DNA of 38,003 bases from Macrostomum lignano (taxonomy: Eukaryota). The position numbers were made by a program, and so were the translations under genes. This document shows, in pieces, positions 1 to 13,302 of the stretch (position 1 is the first letter of the stretch; every line of letters starts with the position of its first letter). The notes beneath the pieces are model-generated. The model saw only the letters and a program-made list of their open reading frames with translations. It had not been told where the DNA came from and did no database searches. The stretch is from the NCBI GenBank assembly GCA_002269645.1, contig NIVC01002025.1, positions 1-38,003 on the forward strand, written 5' to 3'.

Positions 1-137
1 TCCCAAATGAATCTCTTAACTTTAACATGAAGCTGCTTTTATTTTTTACATTGCACTTTATCTATCAGCAATCCTTCCCGTGAAGAAGCCAACAAATAAT
101 GAAAACATTTTTCAATAAACTACATGTAGCTTGTGAA

Positions 138-700
138 TTTAGCCTTGACATCTCAGTTATTCCCCCATGAGCTTTGACATCTCAGCTATTCCCCCCGTAA
201 GCCTTGACATGTTAGCGATAACCCCCATAAACCTTGAAATCTGAAAAATCCCGTTAATCTTGAAACCTGCTAAAATCTAACCCTCAACCCAAACCTGATC
301 TAAACCTAACTTTAACCCAACCTAAATTCTTGAAATCCTAAGCTTCCCCCCTTAAGACATGACATTTTAGTAATTCCTTATTTAAGAATCACAGCACTAT
401 AGCGATTCCCTCCAAGCCTTGGCATCGTAGCAATTCCCAAATGAATCTTTTAACTTTGACATAATGACTCTTCTTTTATGTACACATAGTGCTTCTTTTC
501 TTTTTTACATGACTCTTCTTCTATCAGCGCCCCCCATAGTGAGCCAACAAAGAATGTAATAAAAAATTGAGTAAACTACATGTACTTTGAAGTAGCTTCT
601 GACGTTTGCTTCTTTGCTTCTCTGACATCTCAGAAACCCCCTCCCCATAATCTGAGTTATTCTCCGTGAGCCTTGACATCTTAGTAATTCTTCCCAGCAC
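138..700 (+). repeat. Degenerate minisatellite of AGCCTTGACATCTCAGCAATTCCC-like units (same family as 9915-10185)
   Basis: Recurrent agccttgacatct / ttgacat...aattccc motifs at about 140-245, 415-460 and 620-700; boundaries fuzzy. Confidence 0.55.
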
Positions 701-721
701 AGCACAATAGCTTCATTTAAT

Positions 722-2997
722 TTTTACATGACACTACTTTCATGTCTGACATTACGCTTATTTTGATTTTTACATGACGCTTCTTTTATTCTTCCATGAC
801 GCTTCTATGATTTCTCAAATGACACTTCCATTTTTTTATATGAGGCTTCCATGATCTTTTGATGATGCTTTTATTATTGTTTACATGACACTTCTATGAT
901 TGTTTACATGACGCCTCTATGATTTTTTCATGACGCTTCTATGATTTTTTACATGACGCTTCTATGATTGTTTGCATGACACTTCTATGATTTTTTACAT
1001 GACGCTTCTATGATTGTTTACATGACGCTTATATGATTGTTTACATGACGCTTCTATGATTTTTTCATGTTTCTTCTATGATTTTTTACATGACACTTCT
1101 ATGATTGTTTACATGACGCTTGTATGATTTTTTCATGTCGCTTCTATGATTTTTACATGACGCTTCAATGATTGTTTACATGATGCTTCTATGATTGTTT
1201 ATATGACGCTTCTTTGATTTTTACATGATGCTTCTATGATTGTTTGCATGACGCTTCTATGATTGTTTACATGACGCTTCTATGATTGTTTGCATGACGC
1301 TTCTATGATTTTTTCCTGACACTTATATGATTTTTACATGACGCTTCAATGATTGTTTACATGACGCTTCTATGATTCTTTATATGACGCTTCTTTGATT
1401 TTTACATGATGCTTCTATGATTGTTTGCATGTCGCTTCTATGATTTTTTACATGACGCTTCTATGATTGTTTACATGACACTTCTATGATTTTTACATGA
1501 TGCTTCTATGATTGTTTATATGACGCTTCTATGATTTTTTCATGATGCTTCTATGATTTTACATAACGTTTCTATGATTTTTTCATGTCGCTTCTATGAT
1601 TTTTATATGACGCTTCTATGATTGTTTACATTACGCTTCTTTGATTTTTTACATGACGCTTCTTTGATTTTTTACATGACACTTTTATGATTGTTTGCAT
1701 GACGCTTCTATGATTTTTTCATGACACTTCTATGATTTTTACATGACGCTTCTATGATTTTTTACATGACACTTCTATGATTGTTTACATGATGCTTATA
1801 TGATTGTTTGCATGACGCTTTTATGATTATTTGCATGACACTTCTATGATTTTTTCATAATGCTTTTAAGATTTTTACATGACGCTTCAATGATTGTTTA
1901 CATGACGCTTTTATGATTGTTTATATGACGCTTCTTTGATTTTTACATGATGCTTCTATGATTGTTTGCATGACGCTTCTATGATTTTTTACATGATGCT
2001 TCTATGATTGTTTACATGACGCTTCTATGATTGTTTACATGACGCTTGTATGATTTTTTCATGTCGCTTCTATGATTTTTACATGACGCTTCTATTATTG
2101 TTTACATGACGCTTGTATGATTTTTTAAATGACGCTTCTATGATCTTTTTACATGACGCTTTTATGATTTTTTCATGACACTTCTATGATTTTTAAACGA
2201 CGCTTCTACGATTTTTTACATGACGCTTCTATGATTTTTTACATGACACTTCTATGATTGTTTACATGACGCGTCTATGATTTTTACATGACGCTTCTAT
2301 GATTGTTTACATGATGCTTCTATGATTTTTTCATGACGCTTTTATGATTTTACATGACGCTTCTATGATTTTTTCATGTCACTTCTATGATTTTTTCATG
2401 TTGCTTCTATGATTTTTTACATGACACTTCTATGATTGTTTACATGACGCTTCTATGATTGTTTACATGACGCTTCTATGATTGTTTGCATGACGCTTTT
2501 ATGATTTTTACATGATGCTTCTATGATTTTTACATGACGGTTCTATGATTTTTTATAAGACGCTTCTATGATTGTTTACATGACGCTTCTACGATTGTTT
2601 GCATGACGCTTCTATGATTGTTTGCATGACGCTTCTATGATTTTACATGAGGCTTCTATGATTTTTTCATGTCGCTTCTATGATTTTTATATGACGCTTC
2701 TATGATTGTTTACATGACACTTCTATGATTGTTTACATGACGCTTCTATGATTGTTTGCATGACGCTTCTATGATTGTTTGCATGACGCTTCTATGATTT
2801 TTTCATGACGCTTTTATGATTTTTACATGATGCTTCAATGATTGTTTACATGACACTTCTATGATTGTTTATATGACGCTTCTTTGATTTTTACATGACG
2901 CTTCTATAATTGTTTGCATGACGCTTTTATGATTTTTACATGACGCTTCTATGATTGTTTACATGACGCTTGTATGGTTTTTATATGACGCTTCTTT
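722..2997 (+). repeat. 22-23 bp tandem satellite, consensus CATGACGCTTCTATGATT(G/T)TTTA, about 100 copies
   Basis: Read directly. Variants differ in T-run length and at the CG (gacgct/gatgct/gacact). A diagnostic multi-monomer cassette (cttcaatg...) recurs at about 1163, 1344, 1885 and 2833. Confidence 0.97.
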
Positions 2998-3421
2998 TTA
3001 AAAAGTCTTTTAGTTTTCCTGACAATGAAAAGCTTTAATTAAAAAAATTATACTTTATGAAAATTCGAACCATCGTTGCTGTATTTAGCAGTTTAGTTTG
3101 TTCAACTCTAGGCTAGCTCTCATCTTTTTGATAACATCAAATTTTGCACTTATATAATTCAACACTTTAAAATCCAAGCATAGAGTAAATCACACGAAGC
3201 AGTTATGACATAATCAGTTTCTCAGTCAGTCAGTATCAGTTAACAATATGGTTACGCAATTTAAATCAAGTCTAGTGCTACGCTTCCATCAAGTCGGAGT
3301 TACAATTCAGTTATGATGCAATCTATTTCAGAATCAGAATTCAACCAGTCAGTTTTTTCTCTAGCATTCTTACAATGCATTTCAAGTCGAAAAGTTTGCT
3401 TGACCTTTGCAAAAAAAGCAT

Positions 3422-3530
3422 GTTTTTCGAATATTTAATGCCTTTAGCATTCAGCAATTTCTTAGCCACGATACATGTACAGTCACAGAAAAATTTCTGA
3501 TCGAACAGTGCCAGTCTCATGAAAATTGGT
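3422..3530 (+). repeat. Dispersed repeat block, copy 1 (homologous to 10464-10571)
   Basis: gtttttcgaatatt...agcaat(t/c)tcttagcca...tgtac...aatttctgatcgaa..gtgc...aaaattggt is collinear in both copies over about 110 bp; roughly 70% identical by eye. Confidence 0.75.
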
Positions 3531-5310
3531 TAAGCCATTTTTTCTCTAATCGATTACAAGCAAGCAAGATTTTCATTTTTAGTATATTGGAAATTCTTAA
3601 TAGAATAACATATAGTGTTTTTATATGAGGTATATATAATTAGAATATAATTGATTCTTATTATCTTTTTTTGTTACTTAGTATACTAATATCATTATGT
3701 AAATATTTTTATTCCCTTATATTGTAGTTTTTTTGCTATTTTCAGCTGTGTTTCATGGATTGTGATTTTTTAAGCACTTGGCTTTTTTGGTGCTATTCAA
3801 GATGACTAAGTCAAGAAGAAGATCAAAATAGAGGATCCACAACCAACCAAAGATGTGTGATGGTTTTCTTAATGACATGGAACAATGTATCATCCAATGT
3901 GACATAGACTCTTTAAGTCAATTTGAAGTTCCATTGCCTAGAACATTGCCAAGCAAAATTATCAGCAGACAATTGTGACTGTGGCACTTTTTTTTCTTTC
4001 TGCAAGTCTTGGCATGCCAGAGTCTAGAGTTGATACCATTCTCTAAGTTCTGGGCATTGCAAATGTTCTGACTCTTCAATTAACAATGCAACAGGCTAGG
4101 ACTTTAGTTTGCAATGTTTTCCTACCTGGGCAGTGGATTGTTATAAAAGAAGTTTGCCGGAATCCAAGTTGCACTAATCTAAGTCCATCTGAGAGATGCT
4201 GTAGGCAAATGACCAACAAAGTAGCCTATCTTGATTTCCATTTTCAATTGCGCCTCATTCTGTATCAGCACCTTGATGTTATTTTAGAATACACAGAGTG
4301 TGCATATACAATCTGATATCCTGAAAGATCAATAAGAGTACATTAGTCAAGACTATGTTCAGAATAGCAGATACTCTATACCTATTAAAAAATTTTTCCA
4401 CTTTTCCACAGATGGAGCAAAACTATATACCCATTCTTCAAAGTCAGTTTGACCTATGCAATTGCAAATTCTAAACCTGCCTCCCACTTTGCAATCTAGG
4501 GCCAAGAATACTATTATGTTATATTTTTTCTGTTTCTGACAAGAATTTTGGCAAGAATTTTTATGCCAACATCTCTACTCTCTTGGATTTAACCAGTGTC
4601 ATAGTTATGTTGTTAAGTATCAAGTAATTCAAGTTCACTTTGAGATTTTTACTGCTGTATTTGACCTACCAGCAATGGCTAGTATACTGAATCATAGAAG
4701 CTATAATAGTGAATTTGGCTGTCTTTCCTGCGACGCAGTAAGTGATGTTGTTAAGGTTGGTCATGGCCATTCATGAAAATTTCCTGTTGCTGCTGAGGAT
4801 ATAACTTGCAATGTCTTTTGGCAAATGGCCTATGCTATTACCAGATCAGGATCTGACTCACTGTTTTGTGTTATAGGTTGTTCTGTACTTTTTCGATTAT
4901 GTTTGAATTCCTGATCACATATTACTTGATCCTCTCCATGTTCTCTACAAAAGTTGTACAAAAACATTGTTAAAGTACTTGTTTGATCCTAAACATTGGC
5001 AAGATTCCTTTTTACTTGGGAAGAAGCAAGGAACTTTTCAGCAAGCTTTTTTTATGATGCGAATGTTCCTACTTATCTCTTAGCACCTGAAGACATCAGT
5101 GAGCATGCATTTTGGAAGGCATTTGATTACAAATTTGTTGCGATGTATTTTTTCCCATCCTAAGTCTGCATCTTCTCATATGACTTAGATAGAAGTCTGC
5201 ACCCTTAAGCTCAAATCACCTGGCAGTCTTATTATTCAGGTTAGACATTTAGTAAACTAGAACTAAACAATAAACTGGACAATTTAGTAAGCACTGGGTT
5301 AAAAATTTGA

Positions 5311-5444
5311 TTATGCTAACTGTTGCTCCAATTTGTGCCATTTTTAGGACATTTGCCAATCCTGTACTATATATATTACATTATCCTTATGTCTTTATGC
5401 TGACTTTTGCTCTAATTTGCGCCATTTTTAGGACATTTGCCAAT
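5311..5444 (+). repeat. Two-copy direct repeat (about 50 bp core, about 85 bp period)
   Basis: ttatgct(a/g)act(g/t)ttgctc(c/t)aatttg(t/c)gccatttttaggacatttgccaat occurs twice. Confidence 0.8.
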
Positions 5445-6274
5445 GATATGCTATGTGTAATACATTTTAGTAGCCTCTTGTTTGGCTCATAGTTTGTAAC
5501 AATTATTATGAATTTGGTTATATAGTAGGGGGTTATTTCAAGCAGTTTTGCTATGGCGTTTGCTAATTAGTTCTTATTCGTTGAGATGAATTATTTTAGT
5601 AGCCCAAAATCTAGAATAAGCAGTTTTGCTTTTACGCTACTGTTAGTAGTTCACCCTCGGGAAATATCTGAAGTTGTGGGAATTCGAGTCTTAGCGGGTT
5701 CCTCTATTAGTAAAAGGCTATTTGGCCTTGGGAAAAGCATCCTGTTCAGGACTGTCCATTGGACAACATTTATAGAGATCAAAGTCTCAAATAAGTCCAA
5801 CTAAGAGAGTCTCCCCTTTTGTAAGAGAAGAATTTATAAAAAAAGTATAAAAGGTAAGTTTGGGGTAAAATAGAGAAGGCTAAGAGGAGTCTACCACTTA
5901 GTTAAAATGGAGTCTACCAAAAATAGGAATAAATTAAGTAAGAATAAGGGAAAGACTAAAAGGAGTCTACCATTTGGTCTAACTAAAGGAACCAAGAGTC
6001 TACCGGTTTTATTAACATAGGAAATAATAGTGCTTAATCTTTTGCATATTTTGGTTTAATAATATCATTTTTCTGTTTGTTTATTCCAATAACCTTACAT
6101 GAAATTGACTCTTGTCTCACTTATTTTAATTTAAAACATTAACTATAAAGGGACATTAGTCTGGTGGCAGCAACCTACCAATTAAGAGTACATAATAGCA
6201 GATTAATAGAGCAAAGTATCCTAGACCATAGGAAATACTTAGCCAACTTAAAGTGAATAGAAAAATCTTCCAAC

Positions 6275-6310
6275 TTAGTCCAAGCCGGGAGTCTCCCGAG
6301 CTTGGACTAA
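6275..6310. other. Near-perfect 36-nt palindrome/hairpin
   Basis: ttagtccaagc-cgggag-t-ctcccg-a-gcttggactaa: 17-bp stem, 1-nt loop, one bulged A; flanked by ccaacttaaag direct repeats at about 6243 and 6311. Confidence 0.85.
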
Positions 6311-8955
6311 CCAACTTAAAGAGAAATCAGTAAAACCAGTAGCCTAACCGCGAGGACTCGCGACTCCAGTTATATTTATAAGTGTCTTTAAATTATTCTT
6401 TAAATTTTAGTTTTTCATAAGGATTTGTGTTTGCAAACAAAAAAGAGGTAAATCTATTTAGTAAAAAGGTTTTTTGATTTTTTAATTGAATATCTATGAA
6501 ATTGCAATTGCGAGACAAAAAACTGCTTCCTCTTATTATTTATTCTAAGCTTAAATATTAAAGAATTGCAATAAACTAACTCAATACCAATTATCATGAA
6601 TTTTTTGCATTAATGCAGTTTGTATCAAAACAATAATGGCCTGGGAATTTCTTGCTTTTATTAATTTCAAGATGATTAGGCACTTTCTATGGTGAATTTT
6701 ATTAGCTTAAACTCTATCCACTTGCTATCTAACCTATCTGTAGTCATAAAGGGATGGACTATTGACAGTAGAAACAAGAGTAAATTCTAAATTAAAATAC
6801 TTACAATATCATTGCATTGCTGCTTTTCAGTATTGCAATTATATTGCATAGGAGTTTTTTAAAATGCAATTTAATTGCTAAAAATTTCTATAATTACAAT
6901 TTGCCTAACAATCTAATCACAATTTTATTGCAAGAATTGCAATTTTTTGTATAGTTTTTGTATATATTTTGCTATTTTTGTTGTCTGGTGTAGAAGCTTT
7001 GCTTAGCTAAGAAGATGGTATGTATCTAAGGATTTGCTTTGTAATAATAGTATTTTTGTTGTTAAAATTAAACTAAAGTTAATCCAATCTAGCAGAAAAT
7101 GACTTTTAATTAGCTGGTATTTTAATCCTTTGAAGAACTTTTTTTAATTAGGCTTGTTTAGTAATAAATTAAACTTTTGTTATTTAAAATAAACATTTAT
7201 AAATATTAATTGACTTTTTTAGAGAATTTGCATTTATTTTCCTTTCAAAACTATAGACTTTGGTCTACTTTATTTTCCTATTTATAAGGCTACCCAAGTA
7301 AAAGCCATTTGGAATATAAGACTTACAGTCAACTAGTTGGTCAAAATAAGATTTTAAAGCAATCATCTAAATAATCTTATTCTATGATCTATACTAACAT
7401 GAAAGAACATTGATGTGATGCAAAAGTCAGGAACCAAATATTGTTTAAACAAGGTATTGTAATAATATATTTGTATTAGAATAGTCTAAGTTATCTGACA
7501 AGACATACATTGAGAGCCATAGGTTAAATATTGAGAATATTGAATTACACTGATGCACTGCATGGCTAAGTAAGTAGAGAGACTTAAGGGGCAAGGCAAG
7601 GCTAGCCCAATGATATACATTGAATTGCATAGAGTAGGCATTGGTTTACAGAGTACATAGAACACATTGATAGCAAGGGCAAGATGAAAACTGAATAAAG
7701 TTAAATGACTAACACCACACAGTTAAACAGCTAACAAACCAACAAACCATCACTTCAAACTTTTTGACAAAATTTCTGCCTTTTGCTTCTTTTTTCCTGA
7801 ATTTTAGTGTCATATAATAGCAAAATATATCATTTTAAATCTTTAAGCACTAAAAGGCTACAGAATATTGTAGTCTATAGTTATAATTATATTATTATAT
7901 TATTATATTATATTATTATATATATTATTATAGTTATATTATAATATTGTCCGTATAAAGTCTATTGTAGTCTAGCCAGTTTTATTTTCTGGCTATTCTT
8001 GTAAAATGCCTGTTAATGTTAGTTGAAGTACTTTTTTCTTTTCCATTCTTCATATGAGATAGTGCAATAATAATATAGTACAATCATTTTAAAATCACTC
8101 ATTTTCTATTTATATTTCCTAAAAAAGATTTATTTCAAATATGCACTAAAAACAGTTTAATTTTTTGTTTAACTTTTATGAATTTAAAAAAATATTTTTG
8201 CAATTAATATTTGTTATAATCTATAAAAGATTTCAGTATAAATAGGAGCCCAGGGTAGGCCAAGAAGAGCAACTTGTCAACTTGTTGACTTATTGCTTGC
8301 CTTTTTCTTGTGAGCTAGCAAACGAAAAGGTCATTTGCATATTAAATTGCTATCAATAGTGCTTAAGAGACTTGTTCATTTCCTTATAATAAAAGCCCCA
8401 ATTAGGGAATATCAGAAATCCACTGAAAGCAAGAATTGCCTTAGGGCAGTAATCACTATAGAATAGTAGAATTGCCACAGGGTATGAGAATCACCTCAGC
8501 AAGAAAATCATTTTAGAGCAATGGAATTGTATAAAAGCCATGACCCTTTGGTCCTGGGAATGACTAGGACTGAGAGAGAAACCCCTATAGTAGTAAATAG
8601 TGAGAATAGAATAGACAGTGCCATTAGATTGCTTAGGCCAATACAGTACATATATATACACTACCAATAGATAAATATATGCTACCAGTACAGAAATAGA
8701 GAAGTAGATAAGCTACCAGTAAATATACTATAGGCATTAAGTACATTCTAGCAGATAACATTAAATCATAGTTACAATTTAGTATCATTACTAGCAATTA
8801 GATCCGCTTTGCGGGATGTAAAAAAAATTATTTTTTTAAAAATGGATTATGTACATACATACAAACAGAAACTTATTCAGATCTAGTTACATAGATTGGC
8901 AGGCTGACCTGCTTTGCGTGTCCCAATCATTTTTTTGAGCGAGCACTTTTCTTTT

Positions 8956-9870
8956 CAGTTTATAACAGCACCATTAGACAGTTTACAACAGCACCCGTTA
9001 GACAGTTTACAACAGCATTCGTTAGACAGTTTACAACAGCATTCGTTAGACAGTTTACAATACATGTAGCACCCGTTAGACAGTTACAACAGCACCTATT
9101 AGACAGTTACAACAGCACCCATTAGACAGTTTACAACAGCATTCATTAGACAGTTTACAATACATGTAGCACCCATTAGACAGTTACAACAGCACCTATT
9201 AGACAGTTACAACAGCACCCATTAGACAGTTTACAACAGCATTCGTTAGACAGTTTACAATACATGTAGCACCCGTTAGACAGTTACAATAGCACCTATT
9301 AGACAGTTACAACAGCACCCATTAGACAGTTTACAACAGCACCCATTAGACAGTTTACAACAGCACCCATTAGACAGTTTACAATAGCACCCGTTAGACA
9401 GTTTACAATACATGTAGCACCCATTAGGCAGTTACAACAGCACCTATTAGACAGTTACAACAGTACCCGTTAGACAGTTTACAACAGCAATCGTTAGACA
9501 GTTTACAATACATGTAGCACCCGTTAGACAGTTACAACAGCACCTATTAGACAGTTACAACAGCACCCATTAGACAGTTTACAACAGCACCCATTAGACA
9601 GTTTACAACAGCATTTGTTAGACAGTTTACAACAGCATTCGTTAGACAGTTTACAACAGCATTCATTAGACAGTTTACAACAGCATTTGTTAGACAGTTT
9701 ACAATACATGTAGCACCCATTAGGCAGTTACAACAGCACCTATTAGACAGTTACAACAGTACCCATTAGACAGTTTACAACAGCATTCGTTAGACAGTTA
9801 CAACAGCACCCATTAGATAGTTACAACAGCACCTGTTAGACAGTTTACAACAGCACCCGTCAGACAGTTT
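8956..9870 (+). repeat. 23-24 bp tandem satellite CAGCACCCATTAGACAGTTTACAA with 100-bp higher-order structure
   Basis: Monomers read directly. A 29-bp variant starting tacatgtagc occurs at 9061, 9161, 9261, 9409, 9509 and 9705. Confidence 0.95.
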
Positions 9871-9914
9871 CACCAATTCAATTACAGCAATTCTACCAAT
9901 GATTATCCACCAAT

Positions 9915-10185
9915 AGTGAGCCTTGATATCTCAGCAATTCCCCCTGGTGAGCCTTGATATCTCAGCAAATCTGCCTAGTGAGAATGGATATCTTGGAAAT
10001 TCCCACAATAAGCCTTGACATCTAAGCAATTGTACCCCAGCAAGCCTTGAAAACTTAGCCATTCACCCCAGAGCTTTACATCTCTGGAATTTCCCCACTA
10101 AGCCTTGACATTTCAGCAATTCCCATTAGACCTTGACATCTCAGCAATTCCCTCTTAAGCCTTGACATCTCAGCAATTCCCTCTT
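9915..10185 (+). repeat. Minisatellite AGCCTTGACATCTCAGCAATTCCC-like, about 25-30 bp units
   Basis: About 9 units of gagccttga(t/c)atctcagcaatt(c)ccc; same family as 138-700. Confidence 0.8.
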
Positions 10186-10463
10186 AAACGTAGTGCAATG
10201 TTGTCGAGGCATTTCTGTTCAAGTGATTATGCACAGATTGTAGCACCCGGCTTTAATTCAGACAATCAATTCCGGTTTCAAACAATTCAAGTTGAAGATG
10301 GGATATTATTTATTATTGTAAAATATAATAAGCTTCAAGTATAGCTATATATAGCTCACAGCATCAACTCAAGAATAGAATTTATAGAATAGAATACAAT
10401 GAGCCATAGACGCATTGAGCTTTTACTGCAAGAAAAATACACTTATTAGATAGGGAAAATACA

Positions 10464-10655
10464 GTTTTTCGAATATTGAATCCCTTAAAATGAAGCAATC
10501 TCTTAGCCAAGAGAACTGTACCAATTTGCAAGAATTTCTGATCGAATGGTGCAAGTTTGAAAAAAATTGGTAGGATAAATTCTTTCAAAATGGATTATGT
10601 ACATATATACATACATATATACATAGAAACTTTTCATATTTAGTTATATAGATTT
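10464..10655 (+). repeat. Dispersed repeat block, copy 2, plus a terminal motif shared with 8840-8900
   Basis: 10464-10571 matches 3422-3530. aaaatggattatgtacata...cata(c/g)a(g)aaactt(t/a)ttca.at.tagtta.atagatt at 10587-10655 matches 8840-8900. Confidence 0.7.
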
Positions 10656-11907
10656 GGGTTTTATAATAGAGAGAACAAAGAGCACTGTTGACAACTTTGG
10701 TGACAGCTTTAGGAAATTTACAATAAGAAATAGCCCTATTATAGCTAGTGGCAGCATAAAGAATCAGAGAAATGGTGAGATTCAAATCAGAGAAATGGCA
10801 GAATTTGACAGTGGGAATTTGAAAAATGGCCAAGGCAAATGATGCAATTGCAATGCTAGCTAAAGAATTATAAAACAGGCTAAACCTAGGATCATTAAGG
10901 CACGTAGAAGTAGAAAAGTTCATGCCTGACAAGAACATTAGGCAGTGGCTTAATGCATTCAAACAACAATGCAGGATTCAAAGAATTAATAGAGAAAATG
11001 GAAAGAAGCCCTCTTTGCCAATCTAGATATCGCAAGACTGAAGAGGATAGGAAAGATCAGGTAGCCATAGGAAAGATCAGCAACATTACTAGGAGATTAG
11101 GTAACAGGTCATTGAGCAGTTTGAAACAAAGCAACAAGACAAGAAGGGGGGGATAGATTGCCTAATCATTTTAACAATCATCTTCACTAAAATCAACTTC
11201 AAGAAGAAGTCAGAACTATAGTAGCAGCTAGCACGAAAGCTGCAATTCTAGGGCAAGCACCAATTCAGTGGCACTAGACCTGAGCCAAAGTTTGGCATTT
11301 CTTCTTTTGTGATCAAAATAAAATTCTTTTCTCACTACCAAAAGTGATAAGGTCAAATCCATATAAAAAATATGTAAATAGACTCTATAAACAAGTCACA
11401 AAAAGAATCTAAAATTAACATTTTAGATTTAACTTTAAATATTAAAAGGATACAGGCTAATAATACAATTTTGAAACTGATTTCTATAGAACAAAAAACT
11501 TTTTGTTCTATAGAAAAAACTAGGCAATCTTTTGAATGATGGTCACTAAGTGAAGTGACAATCACTTTAATAGATGTTTTAAATAGGGCCTAAAATAAAA
11601 AATAAAGCTTGGGAGTTTTTAAAACAATATAATAATCTGTTTCCAGAGATAACGATTTCAACTTTATATAACAAATGATCTTTCTAGAACTTGTATATTT
11701 TAGCATCTTGAGTATTATATCCATTTTGAATAATAATCATTTAAATATAAAAATGGCCTTAAATTGATTATGTTCTGAGCACTTTTTATTTCTAACAACT
11801 TATTCAAAAAGCCTCTACTTTTATACACAGTACAAAAAACATTTAAAGAGAAATCTAAAAATGGTTATAAAGCAAAATAGGCTATGGAACCCCCCTTCAA
11901 TTCAAAG

Positions 11908-12055
11908 GATGATCATTTTAATGCTACTATTGTACTAGGCCTAGGCTCATGCTTGGGCACAACCTAGGGATTCACCTGGCTGTTTCTATTGGCAATGCAT
12001 ATATGTAAGTTGCTATTGGACAGAACAGTAGTCACATGACTGGGTCATTCTCAAA
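11908..12055 (+). repeat. Left arm of an inverted repeat pair (partner 18122-18253) bracketing the transposase relic
   Basis: gatgatcatt...gcctaggc...gcacaacct.gg.a.tca.ctggctgtttctattggcaa...atgtaagt..ctattgg...gaacag...tgggt..ttctcaaa is the reverse complement of 18122-18253, with indels. Confidence 0.75.
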
Positions 12056-13302
12056 GTTTCGATGTAAGCAGTTAAGCAAATTTTTTTTAATCTGCCTTAA
12101 ATTGATGGCTTTTTTTCATGTGGCTTGATAATACTATTAAAAATAAACATTTATGTTTATAAACAGTCATTTTTTATTTAAAATTCTTGAGTCAATGTCA
12201 AGAGTCTGCGCCATCTTTGTTTTTTAATTTATTTTTTGGATTATCGCTTTAGCGTAATACCCATTTTATAGATACAATATTTTTCTCATGTGGTCATATC
12301 AAAAAGCAAAACTATCAAATATTATTTATATCTTGATTTCCTACAACCTGAAAGCCATTAAAACCTTTGGCTTGTTGAATTGACGTTTTTATTTTGACTT
12401 TTCTAGAAGCGTGGCACTGTATGGCTATGGGATGAAAAAACTAACTTTTAGTTCATTCGTTCAGCTGATAGAATCAAAAGAGAGGTGTGTTTTCATCTGT
12501 TATTAAGAAAGATGGTCACAATTTACAATATAGTATCAAATTATTCAGTGTCATTTAAAACTGTAAGAATTATGTTAATTAAATTATGAGTTTTTAGTTT
12601 TTCAATAGCACAAAATTAACCTAACAAATACAGATTAATCTGTCTATAATAAAACAAGCAGCACCAGAGTAGTTCTATTTCAAAGCCTTCATCTGTGGCT
12701 TGAAAAAAAGTACTGCCTCTATGCCCCTAGTAAAGTATTAAAAAATTCTCAGCACATTGTTAGGTTTTTGGAAGGTATTTTTGTACATCTACAAGTAAAA
12801 TAAACTTGGCCATTTAAATGCCCAATCTGTTGATGAAAAACAATAGAATTTTACACTTTGTACTTAAAATTTATACTGATCTAATTTAAATTGGGTGTTG
12901 TTAGTTGTTTTTACTCAACAGAAGATTTTTAGACTGATTTTTTTATAGTACATTTTAAGTAGTCTAAAACAAAAATTAATATGCTAAGAAGCAGGAAAGA
13001 ATAAAAGATGAATAAAAATGATGCCGTGCATTTTTATAGAAATACCATGAGAAAACAGTCTTGCATCTATGTATGGAATAATAGTTATAATTATCAAACT
13101 AATTTTCTAGAGTTTACTAAAATAACAGTTCTATGTTTCTTACTTTCTAATTAGATCGATTATGCATGATTAGTGATCTCAATTTTTAGGTAATAGATTC
13201 AGCCTTTTGTTACATACCAACGACAAAAAGAAAAAAGAAACATTTTTTTAAAATACTATTGGCAATGGTAAAAATAGTACATCAGAAACAAATAATTATG
13301 CC

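Noticed and set aside
270-330. ctaaccct/aaacct telomere-like motifs
   Set aside because: Short, highly degenerate and internal; no run of perfect TTAGGG units.
3780-5160. Minus-strand stretch that reads protein-like between stops (e.g. LLVICLQHLSDGLRLVQLGFRQ...HLQCPELREWYQL)
   Set aside because: Many stops and no motif I can recognise; possibly an old TE relic, but unsupported without an HMM/tBLASTn search.
10162-11565. Cluster of 60-125 aa ORFs on both strands
   Set aside because: AT-rich, no recognisable domains, overlapping dispersed-repeat sequence; consistent with chance.
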